Positions 24,130 through 38,330 of a stretch of 64,000 nt of DNA are shown in pieces. Every line of letters begins with the position of its first letter. The first letter of the stretch is position 1. The translations under genes were made by a program, and so were the position numbers. The DNA lies in assembly GCA_951406725.2 (NCBI GenBank), contig OX597817.1:134106001-134170000 (forward strand), given 5' to 3'. A model generated the notes under the pieces. The model ran no database searches and was not told the DNA's origin. It worked only from the letters and a program-made list of their open reading frames with translations. The stretch is from Octopus vulgaris (lineage: Eukaryota).

Positions 24130-25160
24130 AGTTGACCCTGACATTTCAGAAATTTGGTGAATGCATTGTTACCTTCGAAGCCACCATAGATTTCGATCAA
24201 GTTGCTCATAAGAATCTCCAAATCAAAATTGCTTAGCAATGACCTTTCCCATATCTTATTTATGAACAAGCTGTTCTGTTGATCGGATCAGCTGGCACAC
24301 ACGTCGTCGCAACCGACGGAAGGCCAGTTACCTTACTTGCCACCAGGTTCAACAACTCCCTCTTTTGTGCATAAGGCACTAATCTTCATTCTTCTTTGAT
24401 CTTCCATAACTGGTACCCTAGACACTACTCATCAAACCTTTACAATTTCCGTGAACAGGGACTTCGAAAGCATCAATGAGGATCCACCAATCTTATCTGC
24501 TTCAACAGCAAGAAAACATCAGCGCTACCCATATCAAGATAAATTCATCTCATCCCGTCGCTCTTTATCATGAGCAACACACAAATGAGACCCTCGCAAT
24601 AACTTAAGTGTTGGACTTCATCATCAACGAATCTTTTAAAGTACACGCTTATCAGGATGTGCTGTAACTTAACAGCACATCCTCAATGGATTTAGGACTG
24701 CATATCAACGACTGGGTTATCTTTCATGAAATGAAAGATAGTTCAGGACTTAACTCTTTTTGGAACTCTACCAAGCTCAGGCGACACCTAATGGTTTTGC
24801 ACATTTGCGACAGTAGTGCCGCTGCACATATAGACAGTCATATCAAATCCAGAAATGCCATCACAAACGAGCATGATCTATCCTCTTGCCTTAGGCGGAC
24901 TTCCTCTCTGCTCTGTAATTTCTAGGCTGCAATAATTGCTTCTTCTCCTGGCTAAATTCATATCTGCGCACTAATCCATCCTCTCATCAAAACATTCCTT
25001 TCGTCTAATATCCAAGGCTTCCCTACCCAGGATGTAGGCCCTCGAGAGTTCCTTCAGGGTGTCTTTGTTTCATTATCTTTCTCAAGAGAAACATTAAGAA
25101 TGGCATACTTAACTATTTCAGAGAACCTGCGAATGCCATGGACGCTGCCACTTCATGCGG
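24130..25160 (+). pseudogene. Ancient CR1/L2-group LINE RT remnant, interrupted by a SINE C tail fragment (about 24268-24326)
   Basis: Short peptides DFDQVAHKNLQIKIA (compare AFDRVWHxNLLxKL) and LHICDSSAAAHID (compare YCSHIWxxSxxxHL); heavily decayed. Confidence 0.45.
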
Positions 25161-25802
25161 ATATAACACACACACACACACACATATACATGTATGTATA
25201 TATATGACTGTGTGTGTAAGCGTATGTATATATGAATATATGTATATTGGATAAGTTCGTTGATTTCCAAATGTTACACTATATCCATTATTCTGTTAAT
25301 ATGGCAAACTGAACGACAGCCCTTTTGACATTCAAAAACTTTCATAAAGCTACATAAATAAATACGATAAAGAACCAAGCAGAATTGGCTATTATTAGGG
25401 AAGCTAAATAACCCACATTTTCCTCCGTAATAGTTCTTAATTTCCGTATTTAAATATAATACCGAAACACAATAAAATAAAAGGTGAAAATATAATATTC
25501 ATTGAAATATTGTTTAATTATATAACAGACAAAAAAAAAATCACAGAAATAGGAATACGAGAGAAATTGTTTAGAAAGGGCCTGAATGCAACGTATGTCA
25601 TGATTCATTTTGGCTAGGAATAACCACTGACTCATATTGGTTCTCGGATATAAATAACCGCGACTGACTCATGCATGGAATAAAAATAAAATCAAAACTA
25701 ATGTGTGCGTGTGTAAATTTGAACGTCTACTTTCGGACATATTTCTCGTGAAAATATTGAAACAGTACAAATGACAGAACCTATTACATTTTGTCATAAC
25801 AC

Positions 25803-25841
25803 TCACACACACACATATATACATACACACGCGCACATATA

Positions 25842-25888
<47 letters not shown>

Positions 25889-25985
25889 ATATATATATAT
25901 ATGTGTGTGTATATATATATATATGTGTGTGTATATAATATATGTGTGTGTATATAATATATGTGTGTGTATATATATATATATA

Positions 25986-26028
<43 letters not shown>

Positions 26029-26183
26029 GTGTGTGTATATATATATATATGTATATATATGTGTGTATATGTATATGTGTGTGTATATATATATGTATAT
26101 ATATGTGTGTATATGTATACGTGTGTGTATATATATATATATTTGTGTGTGTGTGTATATATATATATGTGTGTGTGTGTGTG

Positions 26184-26222
<39 letters not shown>

Positions 26223-26241
26223 ATATATATATATATATATG
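25803..26241. repeat. Compound (TA)n/(TG)n microsatellite
   Basis: Direct; source of the spurious HIY/VCV ORFs. Confidence 0.98.
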
Positions 26242-26739
26242 AACAAACATGTGCGCACATAATTGTGAAACGAAGTGAAGAAATTAGTATCTGATTATCA
26301 AAGGTAGCGAAAGATGATCTGTTGTTGAAGTTAGGAAGACTTCACGAACCGTTTTCAGCAGCTTCATTAGTAGACTATGATGTATTAGGTCGCTTTGAAG
26401 TGCTGCTAGTAACATGTAACTTCGTACAACCAGTTGCACGACTGAGATGCCGGTGACTAAACCGGCTTCATGTCAAGCCTGCTTGGTCTGTCGGATGGTT
26501 TGGGTGTTCGTAGTGGCTTTTGGATCCGTGAAAGCTTAAATGAACTCAAAAGACTCAACAGTTGACTAATTACAGGAAATCTATAATGTGCCGGCACCTG
26601 AATTAGAAATTTCTGGTTTGCTATCCAGGTGTGCATTTGGGAACTTTTGGAATCTCACCTGGGGCGAAGGCAATAAAGGCAAGCGATATATAACTCTAAT
26701 AGAAAGGCCTCATGTCTTTTGTTCATTGAGTTTATGCCA

Positions 26740-27152
26740 AACATTTGATGTCACTCGTCGAGATAGCCTTTTCCGTTACACTGTCCTCTGCTTCGGGAGA
26801 TCCCTATACTGCGCTCGTGCTTTCTCGCAGGTGATAGTCTCTATAATTGTATCCCATGCGAGTTGCTTCTCGTTGATTCACGGAAGAAGCAATCTTTTTC
26901 ACCACTTCGTGGGACACATATGCATTCCTTGAGGAGCCTAGAGACACATTTTGCTGCTCTAACGGCATTAATCTCATCCTTTTTCTTCAGGATGGTGCAG
27001 ATCGCCGACGTGCTTCTGTCGTATTGATCTGCTATGTCTACTACACGCATTCCTCTGCCATGTTTATCAATGATTTTCTCCTTCAATTCTATCGTAATCA
27101 GCTTTTTCTTCTTCTAAGCACTGTCCTTTGCACTAATTTTCTTAAAACCTAT
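26740..27152 (-). pseudogene. Tigger/pogo transposase N-terminal fragment (psq and CENP-B HTH domains)
   Basis: KKKKLITIELKEKIIDKHGRGMRVVDIADQYDRSTSAICTILKKKDEI, then after frameshifts WINEKQLAWDTIIETITCEKARA. Confidence 0.85.
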
Positions 27153-27755
27153 GGCTATCGCAACTAATTATTATAAAATAAAAGCGGCAAAAGAAACACT
27201 CCCAAAACCGGCAGATTGAATGGTGCTGCTCGGGTGTCGAAACAACAGTGACATCCATTAATCGGCTGCTGATGATGATAGAAATAAATGCTTGTACTTG
27301 CTCGTAAGATTCAACTTCTTAAAGGGTTCGTGACTTCATATGGGTTTTGTTTTTTGTATTAAAACATTGATAATGCACGGTTGTCTTTATTAATAATATT
27401 ATACTCGGATAATAATTAAGGGTATCTTGTTCTGAATGTCGTGCGGCATACACACGCACACAGACACACACATGACAGGTCTCCAGACGGTCATGGCTAC
27501 CCTTGTATGAATTTTTTTTATTTCTCTTTTGTAAACATATTTCTTTATCATGTAATTCATTATTTAATTCTATTTTCTTTCTTTACTCGCTTTTAATCAT
27601 TTACTTGAAAAATGATGTGAAATAAAAAAAAAACGGTGTCGACGTTATTTTATGAATATTTTCTTCCTGCTGTTTCAGTTCCGACTCTCATTTCTGTTCT
27701 AAACTTTCTCGACAAAGAGAATTAAAAAGTTTAAATGGAGAGAGAGAATACATAC

Positions 27756-27813
<58 letters not shown>

Positions 27814-28209
27814 TGGGAAAGAGAGAATAATTCGTTCTTATATTTACAAATATTTCAGATGTAAACACAAACATCTTATCAAATCTGACACCGTGTACAC
27901 TTCAGCAAATCTCTCACTTATAATGTAACGAAACGAAATAAATTGTTTGATAGACATTTTTATATTAACCCCCTGTTGTTACACACTGGGAGTTGACAGA
28001 CGAGAGGGTTTATGATGTCAAAATGTTTAACATTTTCTTCGATTCCTTTCTAGAAATCATCTATTGCTTATATTATTTCATCTCTGATGTAATTTCCTTC
28101 TAAACCAGTTTGCTTTCCATCGGTGTATGGAGACGGAATCGAGTTTCGAGTTCGATTTCATAGCTCGAAACCATGAGTATCTTCCACCTTAACCTTGGGT
28201 ATGCATCCT

Positions 28210-28470
28210 GAGTCATATGGCTGCAGCCATGCTGCGACACCGTCTTGGAGTGTTTGGTCAGCAAAAAAATCGACCGCAGTCCAATAATTATTATTCAATT
28301 CTGGTACTTATTATCTTATACTATCGTTCCCTTTGCCGAGCAGCTGAGTTACAGGAACAACAGCAGTTGGCGAGTGGTGGTAGGTACAAACACGACCACA
28401 CACACACACACACACACATTAACAACGTGCTTCCGCACAGTTTCCACCTTCCAAATTCACTTGCAAGGCA
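28210..28470 (-). mobile_element. SINE family A fragment
   Basis: ctgcagccatgctgcgacacc...tttgccgagcagctgagttac...cagtttccaccttccaaattcact. Confidence 0.7.
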
Positions 28471-29105
28471 TAGATCGGCTGAATTCTTTTTTGAAGCCTT
28501 CAGAGGAACTGGCTTCGGCATCGACCATGATGGAATGATTCCACAGCACCTGGTGATAAACCAGCCGTTGTTGACATGGCAATCCTATGATTGGTTTCAT
28601 TGGAGCTACTGAAATAATTCTAAACCAACCCAAACACTATCTTCGTTCTTTGTTTCTAATGATATAAATACCACTCACTAGTATTTATATAACTTCGGGA
28701 CTACGAATGCACTGGCGTTCTAGGAGACATAACTACCTTTCAACTGCCAGAAAGTCACCATCTGTGAGGGGGCTTCACGAGACAAAACACTTGGATTACA
28801 CAGAAATTCACCGCCGGCAATGTTTATAAGTTATATTGCCTGCAATTTGAAGTTTCATTTGTCTACCTCGTAAACATCTAGAGTCTTGCTACCTTGAGAA
28901 CACAGATTTCGTGGTAAGGCGGTTTGACGTCTATTTTTAGCATACAAGGGATCCACTTAGTGGTCTCTCTTCTTAATCATATTTGAATATAATCTATAGT
29001 CCTCGGACGTTTTTTAATTATGCTGACCACTGGTTGTAACTGATATTATTTAATCATTAATTTCTACTCTTATTGTGTGTATGTATATATATATATATAT
29101 GCTGA

Positions 29106-29151
<46 letters not shown>

Positions 29152-29152
<1 letters not shown>

Positions 29153-29430
29153 TTTATTAATAAAGCATAATACTCTACCTGCAGTATTCGAGTACTATTT
29201 CTTCACTTAGTTTCACATTTATGTGTTTACTTTAGTGTCTGACGAAAAGTCTTATGAGAGGCTTGGAAACCAATGTAGAACAGTATTTAAATCGAACTGG
29301 TTTGATCCATTTATAAGGAAAATAAGAGAAGGTAGAAAATGCTGAAATATTTTAGCATTTTCTACCTTGTCTTATTTTCCTTAAGCATAATTCATACATA
29401 TCAATTTGTGTTTTACTTTTCTACCTTCTA
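29152..29430. mobile_element. Insert beside (TA)n with a 40-bp palindrome and a hammerhead-like motif; probable Penelope pLTR remnant
   Basis: Palindrome aaggtagaaaatgctgaaa-t-attttagcattttctacctt (29329-29368); the same arm occurs at about 36001; CTGACGA...GAAA motif at 29239-29278. Confidence 0.5.
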
Positions 29431-29449
29431 CACACACACACATATATAT

Positions 29450-29608
29450 GCGGGGGCGTGGTTGTGTGGTAAGAGGTTTGTTTCCCAACTACATGGTTTC
29501 GGGTTCAGTCCCACTGCGTGGCACTTACGACAAGTGCAGTCTACTATAGCCTCGGGCTGACCAAAGCCTTTTGAGTAGATTTGGTAGACGGAAACTGAAA
29601 GAAGCCCG

Positions 29609-29659
<51 letters not shown>

Positions 29660-30104
29660 CGTGTCTTTGCGTTTGTCTCTCACCCCATCGTTTGACAACC
29701 GATTTCTTCGACTAACGAGCCCAAATGACTGAAACCAGTAAAAGAATATAGATTTATTCCTTTATTTATTTGTCATTTGACTGCAGTTATACTGGAGCAC
29801 AGCCTTTAGTCGAGCAAATCGACCCCAGGACTTATTCTTTGTAAGCCTAGTTCTGATTCTATCGGTATCTTTTGCCGAACCGCTAGGGTTACGAGGAAGT
29901 AGACACCCCAGCAACGGTTGTCAAGCGATGTTGAGGGGACATACGGTGGGCTTCTTTCAGTTTCCTTCTACCAAATCCACCCACAAGACTTTGGTCGACC
30001 CGGGGCTATAGTAGAAGATACTTATCCAAAGTGCCATCAGTGGAACTGAAACTGGAACCATATGGTTGGTAAGCAAGCTAATTAACACACAACCACTCCT
30101 GCGC
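29450..30104. mobile_element. Tail-to-tail pair of SINE A copies (29450-29748 plus, 29760-30104 minus)
   Basis: Both match the family consensus, in opposite orientations. Confidence 0.85.
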
Positions 30105-30279
30105 GTATCTATATAGATATATAGTAGAAGTAGGACTCGGATAATATATACAGAATCTTACGTTTATAAAACTTGCGTTTCGTGAGACTAACTGCCAGGA
30201 TCACATAACTCTTAAAACATGTAATCTTATTTATGCAACTCCTCAGTGCTTAGCTCTCTCTCTCTCTATGTATGTATCG

Positions 30280-30635
30280 TGGCACACCGTCGGTTACGAC
30301 GACGAGGGTTCCAGTTGATCTGTTCAAAGGAACAGCCTGCTCGTGAAATTAACGTGCAGGTGGCTGAGCACTCCACAGACACGTGTACCCGTAACGTAGT
30401 TCTCGGGGTGATTCAGCGTGACACAGGGTGTGACAAGGCTGGCCCCTTTGAAAATACAGGTACTAGAGAAACAGGAAGAAAGAGTGAGAGAAAGTTGTGG
30501 TGAAAGCCCTGCCGGAACCTTGTGGAGCTTAAGGAGTTTTCGCTCAATAAACACTCATAACGCCCTCTCCGGGAATCGAAACCGCGATCTTACGACTGCG
30601 AGTCTGCTGCCTTAACCACTGGGCAATTGCGCCTC
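30280..30635 (-). mobile_element. SINE family C, full length (tRNA-derived head)
   Basis: Minus strand gaggcgcaattgcccagtggttaaggcagcagactcgc...ggtttcgattccc (A and B boxes); body matches 62562-62937. Confidence 0.9.
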
Positions 30636-31286
30636 TACATGTATGTATATACACACATGCACTATAATGAAGATATCTATTAAAGAAACAAAGTACTATT
30701 AACACACCAGGGATTCAGTATTCATGTTAACTGACAACAAACTTCGATCTGCAAACGGGTTCACTTTGTTGTCTTAACACTGCAATAATAGTTGCTCTAT
30801 AATGAACAGGGTGCACACAATCGCTATTAAATTCTAGTAAGTGTGAATCTTGTCATGTAACCTTTTCCTTTTTTCATTATTTTTCTGCCTGCGAATATAT
30901 TGGAGAAATATATTGGAGAAACAAACATATTGCTTACATCGAAACATGTCTAAATGAAATTTCTCCCTCCGACACAGATGGCCAGTTTGATGGAACCATA
31001 TCTCTATTGGGTACACCGATGTTTCTTACATCTCAGAAAGCTTTCCGCATTTTCAGTGAATGTATTAGTCACTGCTTCCTGTATATCGGAGACGAATTTC
31101 GTTTAGGCGTTTGATAAATTTGTACATTATTGGCAAGGTCGAAGCAAGTCGAAATACAACAGAAGTTTTCGTGAGTTAGCGCTCCGATATATATTCTGTT
31201 TTTAAGACATATCTATGAAGAGTCTTTCTTTCAGACAAAAACCAAAGAATCGACCCCTTTCAGTAGGGTACACATACATGCACATA

Positions 31287-32209
31287 TAGGGGCATCCCAT
31301 AAATAATGGGTTTTGTTTCAATTGCATGAACTAAAAGTTGGGGGTGGGGCTGATAAACTACTTGCATCAACTTGCTATAAAAGCAGGTATTTATTTTGCC
31401 TTGTGTGCTTATTCTTAGTGCAAGTTTTGAAGAGTGCTGTTCGATTTCAACAGTTATTTTTTCAAAGCTATAATGGAAGTAACGAAGGAGCATATTCAGC
31501 ATATTTTGCTTTATGAGTTCAATAAAGGCAACAACTCAATGGAAAGTACGAGGAATATTAATGCAGTATATGGGGATCGGACAATAAAAATAAGCTGGTG
31601 TCAATGGTGGTTCCAGAAATTCTGAGCCGGAAACTACAGCCTAAATGAGGAGCCTCGTACCGGAAGATCTTTAGAGCTCGATGAGGATGTCCTGCAAACC
31701 GCGGTGGAACAAAATCTCATAGTAACTGTTGAAAAACTAGCAGTAAAGCTTGAATTTGGCCATTCAAGCATTCATCGACAGCTGCGTGCCGCCGGAAAAC
31801 GACCATCGTTGGTTTCAAGACGAAAGAGGTTCTTCCATCAGGATAATGCTCGGTCACATGCAGCGAAAATGACATTCCAAAGACTCGAGCAGTTTGAATG
31901 AGAAACGATGCCCCACCCACACTACTCACCGGATATGCCCCATCTGATTATCATTTATTCTGCAGTCTTCAAAATCATTTGGACGGAAAAAATATGAATT
32001 CTGTAGAAGAGGTCAGAACAGTAGTGGAGGAGTATTTTTCGTGACGGACAAGTGAATTTTGGAAGAGAGGATTGGCAAGTCTACCAGATAGATGGAAGAG
32101 CATTGTAGAATAGGAAGGAGAGTATATTTTTAGATTAAAAAATAACTTTGTTTACTTTAATTTTGTAAAATAAGTATGAAATTACCGCATTAGTTATGAA
32201 AAGACCCAA
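31287..32209 (+). mobile_element. mariner DNA transposon, internally deleted, with transposase pseudogene (31473-32139)
   Basis: Imperfect TIRs (taggggcatcccataaataatg and reverse complement ttgggtcttttcataactaatgcgg) flanked by TA; peptides HILLYEFNKG, WFQKF, EEPRTGR, HQDNARSH, HPPHYSPD..PSDYHLF, LPDRW. Confidence 0.93.
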
Positions 32210-33079
32210 TATAGGTAACGTGTGTGTGTGCGCGCGCATATTAGGTTTGATAGATAGATGTCTATTTTGAATTAATATTGCTTCAATTGAAAATAACGAG
32301 AGACTGAAATTGTATTGTGATAAAGCTGAGGAGCGGAAACTTTTGCTGCCCGGGCATAATCAAACTGTTGTATAACATGGCCAGACGTATAACAGTGATG
32401 TTTATATCTCAGTTTCCTACGATTATATCCGAATATAATCGTACAATATATTTATTTTCGTCAACCTCCATCATGTGAAACTCTCAGCTCCAAGATTCGT
32501 GTTAACCCATCTCTCGATACGAATATTTTTGCATCTCTAAATAATCAGACATTAATCCACGATTAAGGTAAAATCATATTTACATTATTGCAATGCTTGG
32601 CGAATATTGAAAAAAAACAAAAAAAAACAAAATACGATTTCTGTTATCTGCCACTTGCTAAGGAATCCGAGTACTCCATCTCTTATCTTCGGCTCACTAA
32701 CGTAGGCAGTGATAGGTTTCTGTCAGCTGAATGTTATCGCACTTTCATATCAGATATCTCTGAATATGTTTCGCTGAACTTTCAGCTATTATTCAACTCC
32801 TTAATAAATCTAGGTAACTGAATTAAAAACACAAAATAACAAAAAATGATTTCAAAGTTATCGCTATTTCGTTGATAATGGAATGTATATTATTCCATAC
32901 GATCTCTGTATCTAGAAATGTTGTTTATGGCAAAAAGCGGGGACATTACACGCGTATTAAATATACATTATGTAAAATACATATATTCCCACTTTACATC
33001 CAGTTGTCTTTTATCGCTTTTCGTTTTTTTCTTTCTCCTCTCTCTCTCTCTCTCTCTCGCTTTTATCTGTTTATCCACG

Positions 33080-33110
<31 letters not shown>

Positions 33111-33687
33111 TATTACTAGTTCTGCAGATTTTCTCGTTCCCTCCCCTTCCTTTCTCTCTAATAATGTCACACTTCATCGCCCCCCCCCCCTGCTACTACT
33201 TCCTGCTTTACTTCCGCTTCAACTCTAATCTTCCACCCCCTTCCTTTACTTCCCAATGATCCAACGCTAGCTTTTCTCTTTCTGTTTCCTAAGCGCCTAC
33301 ACACGATGCACTTTTCGCTTCCTCCATCCTAAGACGCTCTCTTATTATCTGATCGCTTCTTTCATTTTGTATTTTTTCCGCTCTAAATGTGTTGCTTTCT
33401 AATTACTTCTCTCCGTTTTCTCCTCGTCGTTCATCGCCTTTCTCGCACGCACCTCTCTATTCCTGCGAATTTAATGAATGATATTATCTCAGCTCAGTTA
33501 TCAAAATTGTCATGAATTCCTGTTGGCGTCCAATGAAACGATCACACTTGAGCTGCACCTTCATCGCTGACGACTTGGCATTTTATCGAGAATTTTACCT
33601 TCTCGGTCTGTATTGTTATTTTTGCAGTGTGTGTAAATATAGTTATGTGTGTGTGTGTATATACAAGTATATATATATATATATATG

Positions 33688-33817
33688 TAAACGTAAAAAA
33701 TATACAAACTGGGACAAGAACGTGAAACATTTAGAAGACGACACAAAGAACACGGATGGGACATTCGAAGCCCTCAATCATCAGTCAAGAACCGGATCAT
33801 CTTCGCAATTTCCGCTG
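33688..33817 (-). mobile_element. Short insert flanked by (TA)n; possible Penelope pLTR remnant
   Basis: Sharp borders with (TA)n on both sides; minus strand contains gaCTGATGAttgagggcttcGAAt. Confidence 0.35.
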
Positions 33818-34118
33818 ATATATATATATATAGGTATACAGTTGTGTATATATATATATCTTGTAATCTTCCAATACTGAAACACGTGTAGTTCCTTCAT
33901 AATAATCAAATATGAGTATTAACTAAATTAGGTTATAATTAACGAAGTATATTATATACCCTGCTGGTAATTTTTGGTTATATCCTTTAAGTATTAATTC
34001 GTGATGTGCAAACTGATACCATGAGTTTACTGTCAGATATATTCAATAAGTTATTTTTGTATTATCTGAAATAGAATACCCGCATATAGATTAAACCATA
34101 AAAAAATTGATTAATAAG

Positions 34119-35947
<1,829 letters not shown>

Positions 35948-36884
35948 AGAAGGTTGTAAAGGAACTCAGGAGTTGATATATATATATATAGAAAAAAGTC
36001 AAGGTAGAAAATGCTAAAATGATTATATAAAAAAACATTTCAGGATTGGTTTCGGTCATTGAGACTTAAATGTAATTTTTTTTATATGTAATTTTTTTCA
36101 TATATATATATATATACTTACATATCCGAAATGGCCATAGGTGTGTTTTTGACCTGATTTTTGGGAACTCTCTTACTCTCCTTAGACTCCGACCTACCAC
36201 GGATTGCTTTTTTTTAAAAGCGAACTATTTTCATATATTCTTAATTAAGTGGTAAAAAAAACATTTTCGTAGTCGATTGATATTTTTTAGTAATTCATTT
36301 TGATTACCTATTTTAGTCGATTTGTATATATCTTTTCTTGACCGGCCTTTCTATATATTTGGTATTTTATATGTGCATATATATATTTTACCTTCTGTTC
36401 TTTTTACATATGTAATCCTTTTATATGTTGAAGGCCATTGTAATGTTTATATATGCTGAAATGTATGAAAGCGTGGTGTTATATTAAGTCGTTGGCCCGA
36501 ATTTGATCGTTCACTAATCAATGTTTTATATATATATTGTGTGTGTGTGTGTATCAGTGTATCATACTCAATGGAAATATGCAAATTTACTGTGGCATTC
36601 TACCGGATATAGTATCTCTTATATATGCGATATGAGTCAGAAGCAGAATTAAAATCGTCCAACAGAATCTGGATCTGGTGAGAATGTAGATACATATATC
36701 TGCCTTGTTGAATCTTTTCAGTAGAATGTACTCACAATCAACGGCATGTTAAGAGGAAATATGTCGCTACTGATGTAGGAAAGCAGTAATTGAAAAATGA
36801 CTGATGTGGCAATTAGCTGCCCCGTTGAATAAAATCCGCTATATCGAAATATTACCAGTATTAGATTAAGATAACCATCTTATA

Positions 36885-37377
36885 ACTTTTACCAGTTTCA
36901 GTCATTAGACTGTGGCCATGCTGGGGCACCGCTCGGAAGAACTGATAGTCGAATGAATTAACCCCAATACTTATATTCTTTGTAAGCTTAAGTACTTATT
37001 CTGTCAGCATGTTTTGACGAAACGCTGTATTACGGGAACATAAACACGCCAACATCGGTTATCAAGCAGCGGCGTGGTGGTGGTGGCGGTGGTGGTGGTG
37101 GTGATGGTGGTGGTGGGAACAAACAGACAAACACACACACGCATACACACTGAGGTTTCTAGTATACATATATATATATATATATCGTGTCTCCGATTAC
37201 GGAATACCCAGTATATGGAACTGAGGATCAACACACAGGTTCATAACCTGAGATATCCCAGAAACAACCGTAAGACATTATTATTTACTTTTGCTTACTT
37301 CGATTCACCATTATAATAATTAAAACAATTTAAATGATTTAATAAGCTTGTCCTGCCTTGGATTTGTTTTCCTTTTC

Positions 37378-37411
<34 letters not shown>

Positions 37412-37772
37412 CAATAATAATAAAGGGTAAAATTAATCAGTTAACTAATAATTAATAATTCCACCAAGTAGAATTCGGCATGAAAAAGGACCATTTTTCG
37501 GTAAACTTAAACAATATTTTATAATTACAAGTATAATTATAATTAGGGTTCAGCAAAGATTTGCTTTACCACATAGAGATAGCAGCCAAAGAACCTTAGC
37601 TATTTTTTCTACTATAAGAAGAGACTCCCGGGTTATTTCGAGTATTTTGTTTTGTCCGGGAGTCTCTTCTTATAGTAGAAGAAATAGCTAAGGTTCTTTG
37701 GCTGCTATTTCTAAACTTCGGTATGTGGTAAAGCAAATATTTGCTGAACCCTAATTATAAAATATTGTTTAA

Positions 37773-37812
<40 letters not shown>

Positions 37813-37962
37813 GATGGGTTCTTTCGGTTTCCGTCTACCAAATCCACCCACAAGGCTTTGGTCGTCTCTAGACTATGCTATAAAGCACTTGCTCAAGGTG
37901 CCACGTAGTAGCACTGAACTCGGGACCAAACAAACTTCTTACACACAGCCACTCGTACGCCT
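36885..37962 (-). mobile_element. SINE family A split by inserts in its internal microsatellite
   Basis: 3' half at about 36885-37145 and 5' half at about 37810-37962. Confidence 0.75.
37507..37772. repeat. Long near-perfect inverted repeat (arms about 120 bp, 24-nt spacer)
   Basis: ...tagggttcagcaaa...gcagccaaagaaccttagctattt...ctactataagaagagactcccgg pairs with ccgggagtctcttcttatagtag...aaatagctaaggttctttggctgc...tttgctgaacccta... Confidence 0.92.
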
Positions 37963-38296
37963 ATACACACGCCTCATAGTTGTAACTGACTATATTTATT
38001 GTGTACTTTTTAAATGTGGCGGAGTGTAATTTCGGTTGGGTATTGGATGCCATTTCTTGTAGAACGTTCAACTTAGATGAGAGAAATTTTTTCGTGCGTG
38101 TGATCATTTCACTGTTAATTCTGTAGTCGTTGTTTAGCCCCAGGTCAGTTCGGATCGAACAAAAGCTGATCAAAGCATTTCCTCACAATAAAATAGTTTG
38201 TCTTGTATTATCTTTAATGTGTAACACAAACCAACGAGTGAATCTTTTGTGTGATTTGCAGTTTTGCTTTGTCTCTCTTTTTCTCTCCTTCAGCGT

Positions 38297-38330
<34 letters not shown>

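Noticed and set aside
25669-26294. Overlapping 90-190 aa ORFs
   Set aside because: Microsatellite translation artefacts
30560-30635. tRNA-like sequence (also at 62865-62937 and 63170-63240)
   Set aside because: A and B boxes run directly into a repeated SINE body and the acceptor stem is incomplete; these are SINE heads, not tRNA genes
33465-33520. gaattt...gata..tatc-aaaa-ttgtc-atgaattc possible hammerhead relic
   Set aside because: Both catalytic boxes are broken; too degenerate to claim
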